Below are positions 56,873-64,000 of a DNA stretch of 64,000 bases, piece by piece. Each line of letters starts with the position of its first letter. Positions within the stretch are counted from its first letter, which is position 1. The DNA comes from Candidatus Omnitrophota bacterium. GTDB taxonomy: Bacteria; Omnitrophota; Gorgyraeia; B26-G9. The translations under genes were made by a program, and so were the position numbers. The stretch spans positions 33,973 through 97,972 of the forward strand of contig JAHITY010000124.1 of assembly GCA_018817165.1 (NCBI GenBank), given 5' to 3'. Below the pieces are notes generated by a model, which was not told the origin of the DNA, searched no databases, and saw nothing but the letters and a program-made list of their open reading frames with translations.

Positions 56873-57285
56873 TAGAGTCGATAAGGGCAAACTCTCTCAA
56901 GTTCATTGATTTGATATTCTGTGATTGAGATCCCACTTTGTCGGTTAATCTGGGTTTTATGATTAGCTGCTTAGCCATAAGCCATGGATTTAAGGCTGTT
57001 TATTGGGAATGTGTCATTTTTGGATGATTCATTAGGGGAGCTGAAAAGCGAGGGCGGCACTTGTTTTGATTTTTCAGAACAGTGCCCTCGAAACCAGGGT
57101 TTTGAATCTAGCTCTGTATTCGAGGCAATGCTACAGGCCTAAAGTGTTTATTCTTAAGACAGTTATTATGCCAGCCTTCATGATCGAATTGGAGGAAAAG
57201 TAATACAATGTAAACTGTCGAGGGCGGAAAGCGCAATGGTGGCTGGGTTGCCGAAAGGGAAGTTTTCCCTTACCGGCTTTTTTTT
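56873..57285 (+). ncRNA. Large structured RNA: c-di-GMP-I (GEMM-I)-like aptamer with giant P2/P3 insertions
   Basis: UCGAUAAGGGCAAAC (56878-56892) ... GCAAUGCUACAGGCCUAAA (57125-57143) ... AAUGGUGGCUGGGUUGCCGA (57235-57254); many nested helices; promoter and terminator bound it. Confidence 0.72.
57250..57285 (+). terminator. Intrinsic terminator overlapping the aptamer 3' strand
   Basis: GCCG-AAAGGGAA-gtt-TTCCCTT-ac-CGGC followed by T8. Confidence 0.85.
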
Positions 57286-57380
57286 ATTCTTATCCGTGTA
57301 TTTCTTTAGTATCTTTCCAAATAATATACAAATCGTAGAAATTAAGCTGTCTGCAATGTGTAAAGAGTTTATACCCTTCA

Positions 57381-57595
57381 TTTCTTTTAATCAGCTAAAA
57401 GAAACGAAGCAAAGAAAGAGCCGCCCTAGTTGAAACAGCGATGATTTTCTAATGATTTAGTAACTCCGACTTCACCCCGCATTTACGGGGTTCGCCGCCA
57501 AATCGCTCATCCTGGCTCAGTGGCGTTCCGCCATCCTGGCTCCATCTCCGTTCCTAAATCAAAGAAAATCAAATCACTTGGTTTCAAGGGGGGGG
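57381..57595. repeat. MITE/REP-like palindromic element
   Basis: Hairpin TTTCTTTTA/TAAAAGAAA; long imperfect arms 57430-57460 and 57554-57587; internal CATCCTGGCTC x2. Confidence 0.6.
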
Positions 57596-57703
57596 ATATA
57601 AACCCAGCTATTTGATGAATTTATGTGAAAGATGATGGGTAAATTTTTAAGCTTTTCACAAATTTATGGAAATACGTGTCGTATTTTTGGGTACCCTTTA
57701 AAT

Positions 57704-57925
57704 GAGAGACTGACTTACTGAGTGTTAGCGAAGGCAAGTCAGCCTGCTCGAATTTAGTCCGAAATATCTGCGACCTAGCTGATATTTTCGGAATCCTTAT
57801 TATTTACGAACGACGCAATACTAAAGAGTTGCAGCCTTGTGACTTGCGTAAAATTTGCCTATCATATTGCGTAAGTATGTGTTTAATAAGTAAGATAACG
57901 CGTAAACGCGACAACGCGTAAACGC
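57704..57925. repeat. Further REP-like hairpins and short direct repeats
   Basis: CTGACTT/AAGTCAG, TCCGAAATATC/GATATTTTCGGA, AACGCGTAAACGC x2. Confidence 0.5.
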
Positions 57926-57953
57926 ACTAACCCCACTTTTATACTCTTATCAC

Positions 57954-57983
57954 TTGTTATCTGAATAAATTTTGTGTTATACT
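57954..57983 (+). promoter_or_regulatory. Promoter TTGTTA-18-TATACT (TG-extended), 8 nt before ATG 57992
   Basis: Read directly; no SD before the ATG. Confidence 0.6.
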
Positions 57984-57991
57984 CATTACTT

Positions 57992-58477
57992 ATGAAAAAG
58001 CTAAAAGCATTTAGTTTGATTGAAATAATAGTTGTTTTAGGGATTATCACGATGATTCTGGGGATGACAACTGTTTACTTCTTTAATTATAAAGCTGGCG
58101 CGGCGCTGAAAATCTCAGCAAATAATATTATGGCTGCGCTTAATCAAGCTCGCAGTTGGGCAATCACTCGGCAGATTGAGCATGGAGTTGTTTTTGATCT
58201 AGCTAATTCTGAATATCGTGTATTTGCTAAGCCGGATCTGGCTACCCGGCAATTTGTAAACAAAGAAATGAAAACATCATCGGGAGTTGTAATTGAAAGC
58301 ACTACTTTACCAAATGATGCTTTGATCTCGAATAATCCAGTAGCAGTTTTTAATATAACCGGCAGCGCTGAAGCTAATGCTAGTATATTTCTGAAAAACT
58401 CCCAGGGAGAGTATTATACTTTGACAATTGTTAATGCTACCGGTCGGGTTAGAATATTTAATTATCAGAAATTGTAA
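57992..58477 (+). CDS. Minor pilin, FimT/GspH-like
   Basis: KA|FSLIEIIVV, QARSWAI, FNITG, ATGRVRI. Confidence 0.88.
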   Translation: MKKLKAFSLIEIIVVLGIITMILGMTTVYFFNYKAGAALKISANNIMAALNQARSWAITRQIEHGVVFDLANSEYRVFAKPDLATRQFVNKEMKTSSGVVIESTTLPNDALISNNPVAVFNITGSAEANASIFLKNSQGEYYTLTIVNATGRVRIFNYQKL

Positions 58478-58503
58478 TTTTAAAATAAACATAAGGAGAA
58501 ATA

Positions 58504-58824
58504 ATGATTAGCTTTGAAGAATTTAAAAAAATGGAATTAAAAATCGCTACAATCAAAGAAGTTTTAGATCATCCGGATGCGGATAAGCTGTATATTGTAA
58601 AAATTGATGTGGGTGGAGTGGAAAAGCAGTTGGTTGCCGGCTTAAAATTAAAATACGCAAAAGAAGATTTGGTCGGTAAGCAGGTGGTGATTGTGGACAA
58701 TCTGGAACCTGTTATTTTAAGAGGAGTGGAAAGCCAAGGGATGATGCTGGCTGCTTCTGATGAAAATAGCGTGGCTGTATTATGTCCGGATAAACCTGTT
58801 GCCAGTGGTAGTTTGGTTAAGTGA
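58504..58824 (+). CDS. Stand-alone tRNA-binding OB-fold (MetRS C-terminal/Trbp111/CsaA family)
   Basis: ISFEEFKKMELK, HPDADKL, NLEP, RGVESQGMMLAA. Confidence 0.92.
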   Translation: MISFEEFKKMELKIATIKEVLDHPDADKLYIVKIDVGGVEKQLVAGLKLKYAKEDLVGKQVVIVDNLEPVILRGVESQGMMLAASDENSVAVLCPDKPVASGSLVK

Positions 58825-58858
58825 TTATATTATGAGCTTCTTTTTTGAGGATAATTAA

Positions 58859-59980
58859 ATGAAAAAAAAGATTAAGGTTATGACTATTCTGGGCACTCGT
58901 CCGGAAGTTGTAAAGCTGGCTCCTGTTGTTCATGAGCTTGCTAGGCATAAAAAGCAGATTAAATCACTGATTGTTTTAACTGGGCAGCACAGAAAAATGG
59001 TTGATCAGTTTTTGCAATTATTTAAAATAAAACCGGATTATGATTTAAATATTATGATTAAAAACCAGACATTAATTGATGTGTCCAGCCGTTGTTTGGA
59101 TAGACTGTCAAAAGTTCTGGAAAAAGAAAGACCGGATTTGATCCTGGTAGAAGGCGATACAACCACTGCTTTTATTGCCAGCTTAGCGGCTTTTTATCTT
59201 AAAATTCCCATGGGGCATGTTGAGGCTGGCTTACGTACTTTTGACAAACATAGACCTTTTCCTGAAGAAATTAATCGGCAGATGATGACGCTGATTGCTG
59301 ATATGCATTTTGCTCCGACAAAAAAAGCAAAGCAAAATTTACTCAATGAACAGATAAACCCTAAAAAGATTTTCTTAACCGGTAATCCGGTTATTGATGC
59401 CTTGCATTATGTGGCAAAGCAAAAAAAGTTGATTAATCCTGAGCTAAAAAAAATAGATTTTAAAAATAAAAAAGTCATATTGGTTACAGCGCATCGTCGA
59501 GAGAGTTTTGGACAGCCATTTAATCAGATTTGTCAGGCAATCAAGCAGATTGCTGCTTTGCCTGATGTAGAAATTGTCTATCCGGTTCACTTAAACCCCA
59601 ATGTGCAGATTGTCGTAAATGAAATGCTCAAGGGGCTAGAGAATGTCCATTTATTAAAACCGCTGGATTATCAGAGTTTTGTTTATTTATTGAAGCATTG
59701 TTTTTTTGTTTTGTCAGATTCCGGCGGCGTGCAAGAAGAAGCGCCGGCTTTTAATAAGCCGATTTTAGTTATGCGTGAAGTTACAGAGCGTCAGGAGGGT
59801 ATTGAGGCTGGTGTGGCTAAATTAGTCGGTATGGATACTGCTAATATTTTAAAACAGGTTAAGCTACTGTTAAATTCAGTTTCAGCCTATCAGTCAATGT
59901 CTAAAAGCGCGAGTCCTTATGGCGATGGCAGTGCGGCTAAGCGGATTGTTCAAGCAATTTTAAAGCAGTATTTACTGTGA
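58859..59980 (+). CDS. wecB: UDP-N-acetylglucosamine 2-epimerase (non-hydrolysing)
   Basis: GTRPE, GDTTT, HVEAGLRT, HRRE, DSGGVQEEA. Confidence 0.96.
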   Translation: MKKKIKVMTILGTRPEVVKLAPVVHELARHKKQIKSLIVLTGQHRKMVDQFLQLFKIKPDYDLNIMIKNQTLIDVSSRCLDRLSKVLEKERPDLILVEGDTTTAFIASLAAFYLKIPMGHVEAGLRTFDKHRPFPEEINRQMMTLIADMHFAPTKKAKQNLLNEQINPKKIFLTGNPVIDALHYVAKQKKLINPELKKIDFKNKKVILVTAHRRESFGQPFNQICQAIKQIAALPDVEIVYPVHLNPNVQIVVNEMLKGLENVHLLKPLDYQSFVYLLKHCFFVLSDSGGVQEEAPAFNKPILVMREVTERQEGIEAGVAKLVGMDTANILKQVKLLLNSVSAYQSMSKSASPYGDGSAAKRIVQAILKQYLL

Positions 59981-60021
59981 AAAAGCTTTTAAAGCGTGAT
60001 TCTGAGAAAAATAATTCTAGT

Positions 60022-60050
60022 TTGACATTAAAAAAGCAGTATGGTATACT
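60022..60050 (+). promoter_or_regulatory. Near-consensus sigma70 promoter TTGACA-17-TATACT
   Basis: Upstream of 60124; TG-extended. Confidence 0.75.
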
Positions 60051-60123
60051 TTATTAACTTTTGTAAGTAGATTAATCTGGGAAATCGCAACATTTTTGAA
60101 TGCCTGAAAGGGGGTAAGTAAAG

Positions 60124-60750
60124 ATGAGTAAAAAGTTAGGAATGAGTTTATTAGTTTTAGCAGTAATTTTTACTGCAGTAATGCCGGTTATGGCGCAAGG
60201 AACAGCAAAAACAGAATTAGCCGTAAAAGGAGGATTTTCTCCATTTGGGGTGTATTATGACAGAGGGAATAAAGGAAATCATTATGTAGGATCCGGATGG
60301 ATGGGAGACTATGGTGATATTAAATTTTCCGAAAATGAAAAAGAAAATCCTTATTCGGGTAAAACATGTATAAAAATTACTTATACCGGAGAAGGAAAGC
60401 AAGGCGCGGGCTGGGCAGGAATATATTGGCAATGGCCGCCAAACAACTGGGGGGAAAAAGACGGTGGTTATAATCTGACTGGCGCGACTAAACTTAGTTT
60501 CTGGGCACGCGGGGCAAATGGCGGTGAGCAGATAATGGAGTTTAAGATCGGCGGATTAACCGGAACATATTCTGATACTGATTCAGCTAGTATTGGACCA
60601 ATTGAGTTGACTGCGGATTGGCAGGAGTATTCAATTGACTTAACTGATCTTGATCTGTCATATATTAGTGGTGGCTTTGCATGGGTGACCAACTCAATGG
60701 CAAATCCAGATGGATGTGTATTCTTTTTAGATGACATTCGGTATGAATAA
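60124..60750 (+). CDS. Secreted carbohydrate-binding-domain protein (CBM11/galactose-binding-like)
   Basis: Signal peptide; GWMGD, WAGIYWQ, LSFWARG, WQEYSIDL, FFLDDIRYE. Confidence 0.75.
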   Translation: MSKKLGMSLLVLAVIFTAVMPVMAQGTAKTELAVKGGFSPFGVYYDRGNKGNHYVGSGWMGDYGDIKFSENEKENPYSGKTCIKITYTGEGKQGAGWAGIYWQWPPNNWGEKDGGYNLTGATKLSFWARGANGGEQIMEFKIGGLTGTYSDTDSASIGPIELTADWQEYSIDLTDLDLSYISGGFAWVTNSMANPDGCVFFLDDIRYE

Positions 60751-60767
60751 AATTAATTGATTTCTTC

Positions 60768-60805
60768 AAAGAGCAGGATAGCTAATATATCCTGCTCTTT
60801 TTTTT
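60768..60805 (+). terminator. Intrinsic terminator
   Basis: AAAGAGCAGGATA-gctaata-TATCCTGCTCTTTTTTTT. Confidence 0.88.
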
Positions 60806-60810
60806 GTTTA

Positions 60811-60839
60811 TTGTGAAGCGCTTAGTGATGTGATATAAT
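60811..60839 (+). promoter_or_regulatory. Promoter TTGTGA-17-TATAAT (TG-extended), 7 nt before ATG 60847
   Basis: Read directly; no SD. Confidence 0.65.
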
Positions 60840-60846
60840 TAAAAAA

Positions 60847-63486
60847 ATGAAGACTAAAAATAATTCTGCAATAGCGCTTATTTTAAGTGTAGGAATCTTA
60901 GCAATTCTTACGCTTATTACAGTGGGTTTTTCCGCTTTTACGCGACTTGAACTGCAAGCCACGGAAAATCAAATAAATCTGCTTAAAGCCTCGTATATTG
61001 CCCAAGCTGGTATTGCTCAGGCAATTAGCGATATTAAGTATGATCCTAATTTTGGGGCAATAAATGAGCCTTATGATTCTTGCGCTGATCCCTGGTATTA
61101 TCCCGGCGATGCTAATTATCATGGTTCTATTGTTGATCTAGCCACAGCAACTCATCCTTCCTATGGAGGCGATATTGATTATGCTGACGGCTCTTATCGT
61201 TTAAAAGTGATTGACTGCGGCGGTTTGATTAATATAAATTGCCCCTTACCTGATGCTGATGCGCGAACTGATCTGACAAATATGCTGCTTCAGCTGGGTT
61301 TGCCCAATGCCGCGGGTCTGATTACTTTACGTCAAACTCTTCCCGGCCAGGTTTTTACCACCAAAGAAGAAATAAAACTAGTTAATGGTATTACCCAAAC
61401 TGACTATGAAGCAATAAGAGATTTTATTACCTTATGGGGTGACGCGGATGATGGGCATTCGATGAAATCATTCATAAATGTAAATACAGCCCCTTTAGAA
61501 GTGCTGCAAGCTGTGTTTAGATTAATGATGGGTAGTCCGGGCAATGATAGTCAAGCAGATGCTTTGGCTGCTGCAGTTAAAGCAAGAAGAAGCATAAATC
61601 CATTTGATGGGATTGGTGAAGAAGCTTCTGTGGTGGATAATTTTTTAAGTGCCAGGGGAGAGTTTCAGCGCTTTGTTGAATATGCTTATTCATCAGGAAT
61701 TATTACACTAGCAACAAATCGGGATGCGGTTATTGCGCAAAGTGATCCGAATAAATATTCCAGTGCTAATCCAAATTCAACTAATTCCGCGATAATCGGC
61801 TTTGATGCTAATGGTTATTATGAAATTGAAGCGATTGGTACATGTCGCGGCGCAAGAAAAAGAATCAACCAAGTTGTCAGTGTGTTTCGGAAAATTAATC
61901 AAACCACTAAAGATGAATTCAGGACCAAAGCGGAATTATTGGCAACTCAAAGAGTGTCCTGGAAAGATACTTGTCCGGTTGATTTTACTCTGCTCAAGCA
62001 ATTTAATTATCCTGATGATAAAATAGGCGATGCGACTAATCCGGATGATTATATTGAAAATTCTTTAAAACTGGGATTTTGGGATAATTTCCAGGAAGAT
62101 TATGTTTTATCCTCTCTAGGGCCATGGCAAGAAGTGTATGAAACCTTTACAATTAATCAGGGCAATGATGGACTGCTTAGAACAGTGGTTGCTGGGGCAC
62201 TAGTTCCTGTTCCTGGGCAAGATTATTTTCCAAGAGTAACTCTTGATCAAGATGTCTGCATTGTTGATGATTTTGCGATGATTGCTCGGGGTGCGGATGA
62301 GACAAGCTTAAGTAAATATGCAGTTCGGGATAATTTGCCTTGGCCGGCGATTCCTCTGGAATGGTGGTTTTTTGCTCCAGCTCCAGATGCATTAAACTGT
62401 CCGGATATTGGGAAAACTCGTAAAGATTCAGATGGTAATGATATAATAATTGATCAACAATATATATTAGATAATTTGAAATCATGGGGAATTCACGAGC
62501 AATATCTGAATACTCTCCATGTGCGATTTGGCGGGATGCATGCGGATGGGCTCGAGCGGATGTCAGCAATTTTTTGTAATGCTCCGCAGACAACTGCTAT
62601 TTGGACGCCTCCACTGCCTAGTCCTCCAGAATTACCGGAAATTGCGTATAAGCAGTGGATTAATTATGATGGCTCGGGATATATTTATTTAACGCCTTCT
62701 CCTAATTATGTATTTCCTGATTGGCAAGCAATATATCAAACTTGCCGAAAACCATATTCTGTTATCAGCGGCTCTAATGTTATGGTTGCTTGTAATGAGT
62801 GGCATTATGAAGGAGGCACCGAAGCACTTTCTGTTTTTTCTGATGATGGGGTGGAGGATTTTCTAATTACGGGAAATGCTTATCAGGCGGATAAAACATT
62901 TCATTTAAAGGCAATTGGTCGGTGGCATACAAGAGGCGATGTATATTTTAATAGCACTGCGACTAGGTCTTTTGATACAACACAGCAAGTAATGGTTTGG
63001 CAAGATCGCTATTTCCAGTTTGCGGGTATGGGTAATTTCCCGGATGTGGATTATTTTAGAGTTGTGCCCAGCCAGGGTGTATATACATCCACAATATTTT
63101 CCGGATTAGCTCCGGCTTTAGAATGGGGTACAATTAGAGCGCATGTAACTTTGCCGGTAACAGCTGATCCAGCAATAGCTGATGCAACGGCCGGTAGTGA
63201 GCCGGTTTATTTAGTAGTTTTTAATAGCGCGGTTGTTTTGGCGCCAGCTCCTTCATATGTTCCGGCTTCATTTATTATGCCCAGCGGCGGAGCAATTGGC
63301 CCAACCATTAGTCAATCCATTGGCTATCAGGTATATTTATTTTCTGATTTTGGAAAACTTCATGGTGCTGATCCTGACAAGCCTGATAATCCTGATGATG
63401 CTGATTTCGAACAAGCGCCGGTTGTCGAGGATGTAACAATAACCTACTTGCCAATAACCCAAATAATATACTATAATGCGATGTAA
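60847..63486 (+). CDS. Very large PilX/GspK-like minor pilin
   Basis: SA|IALIL N-terminus, ASYIAQAGI, GLININ, INVNTAPLEVL (GspK/HhH-like); long acidic C-terminal region. Confidence 0.75.
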   Translation: MKTKNNSAIALILSVGILAILTLITVGFSAFTRLELQATENQINLLKASYIAQAGIAQAISDIKYDPNFGAINEPYDSCADPWYYPGDANYHGSIVDLATATHPSYGGDIDYADGSYRLKVIDCGGLININCPLPDADARTDLTNMLLQLGLPNAAGLITLRQTLPGQVFTTKEEIKLVNGITQTDYEAIRDFITLWGDADDGHSMKSFINVNTAPLEVLQAVFRLMMGSPGNDSQADALAAAVKARRSINPFDGIGEEASVVDNFLSARGEFQRFVEYAYSSGIITLATNRDAVIAQSDPNKYSSANPNSTNSAIIGFDANGYYEIEAIGTCRGARKRINQVVSVFRKINQTTKDEFRTKAELLATQRVSWKDTCPVDFTLLKQFNYPDDKIGDATNPDDYIENSLKLGFWDNFQEDYVLSSLGPWQEVYETFTINQGNDGLLRTVVAGALVPVPGQDYFPRVTLDQDVCIVDDFAMIARGADETSLSKYAVRDNLPWPAIPLEWWFFAPAPDALNCPDIGKTRKDSDGNDIIIDQQYILDNLKSWGIHEQYLNTLHVRFGGMHADGLERMSAIFCNAPQTTAIWTPPLPSPPELPEIAYKQWINYDGSGYIYLTPSPNYVFPDWQAIYQTCRKPYSVISGSNVMVACNEWHYEGGTEALSVFSDDGVEDFLITGNAYQADKTFHLKAIGRWHTRGDVYFNSTATRSFDTTQQVMVWQDRYFQFAGMGNFPDVDYFRVVPSQGVYTSTIFSGLAPALEWGTIRAHVTLPVTADPAIADATAGSEPVYLVVFNSAVVLAPAPSYVPASFIMPSGGAIGPTISQSIGYQVYLFSDFGKLHGADPDKPDNPDDADFEQAPVVEDVTITYLPITQIIYYNAM

Positions 63487-63518
63487 TTTAATAATTTTTT
63501 AACCAAGAGGAGGCGATT

Positions 63519-63833
63519 GTGGATGAAAAAAGGAAATTTACCAGATTAGAGCAGGAAATGCCGCTCCGACAAAAAGTCGAGAACTGTGATATTGTGGAGT
63601 GTCTTAAAACTCAGGATATATCTACCGGAGGTTTGCGCATAGCTACGGATACACCGCTGAATATTGGGACAAAACTGAATATTGAGGTAAATATAACCGG
63701 ATCATCGAGTCCTTATTATGCAATTGGCGAAGTTGTCTGGTATAAGGAAAAAGATGAAACCGCGAATAATAAATTTGATATTGGTATTCGCTTTGTGCGG
63801 ATAGTCAGCAAATCGGATTTAGACGGTTTTTAA
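63519..63833 (+). CDS. PilZ-domain protein
   Basis: RKFTR (RxxxR), DISTGG, GEVVW, GIRF. Confidence 0.9.
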   Translation: MDEKRKFTRLEQEMPLRQKVENCDIVECLKTQDISTGGLRIATDTPLNIGTKLNIEVNITGSSSPYYAIGEVVWYKEKDETANNKFDIGIRFVRIVSKSDLDGF

Positions 63834-63912
63834 TTAAAATATTGAGCGTTAAATCCGTATTTTAATTGGGTTTAAATTAATTGTGTATTTATGCTAAAAA
63901 AGCTGCTTATGG

Positions 63913-64000
63913 ATGAATAAGAAAATCCTTAAAAAAATATTGCCGGGTTTCATCATTATCTTCTGGATAGTGATGATCGGTTTATTGATATTGCAGCAGG
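63913..64000 (+). CDS. 5' part of a membrane-anchored protein (runs off window)
   Basis: MNKKILKKILPGFIIIFWIVMIGLLILQQ, open to the edge. Confidence 0.5.
   Translation, partial: MNKKILKKILPGFIIIFWIVMIGLLILQQ

Noticed and set aside
56873-57285. RNase P RNA (similar size, end-to-end pairing, GGAGGAAAAGU at ~57191)
   Set aside because: No GAGGAAAGUCC near the 5' end and no ACAGAAnnCGGCUUA at the 3' end; P4 cannot be formed.
56873-57285. tmRNA, 6S, SRP RNA or group I/II intron
   Set aside because: No tRNA-like ends or tag ORF, not a simple rod, no SRP helix-8 motif, no P7 or domain V consensus, and no interrupted host gene.
57178-57433. Small ORFs 57236-57433 (+) and 57178-57381 (-)
   Set aside because: They run through the aptamer and terminator and resemble no protein family; most likely incidental.
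57381-57925. CRISPR array
   Set aside because: Repeats are 8-13 bp with two copies each, no regular spacers and no cas genes.
62177-62593. 138-aa antisense ORF inside the PilX/GspK-like gene (and the other nested short ORFs in the track)
   Set aside because: Fully overlapped by well-supported genes and lacking motifs.

Overview
AT-rich bacterial chromosomal segment; gene content and order (T4P clusters, Minf_1886, CBM11-like secreted protein, GH94, HAMP-only protein) suggest a PVC-superphylum lineage such as Omnitrophota (inference). Most of it is housekeeping (rimO, pgsA, pgpA, rsmE, mtaB, rng, rplU, rpmA, obgE, proBA, nadD, rsfS, argS, lpdA, surE). It also has a glycosyltransferase/asnB cluster and a large type IV pilus system: two PilT, MshEN-PilB, PilS/PilR-like pair, PilC, two sigma-54-driven pilins with a probable Cys3-His Zn site, PilMNOPQ, FimT-like, a giant PilX/GspK-like protein and PilZ. 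The standout is a ~410-nt non-coding RNA at ~56873-57285 with its own promoter and terminator. It contains the ligand-pocket nucleotides of a c-di-GMP-I (GEMM-I) aptamer in correct register, but is expanded about four-fold by two large helical insertions (236 nt inside P2, 91 nt in the P3 loop). It has no gene directly under it and is followed by a cluster of REP/MITE-like elements. Also seen: an internally deleted rfbB pseudogene and several apparently leaderless genes. No CRISPR, rRNA, tRNA or transposase was recognised.
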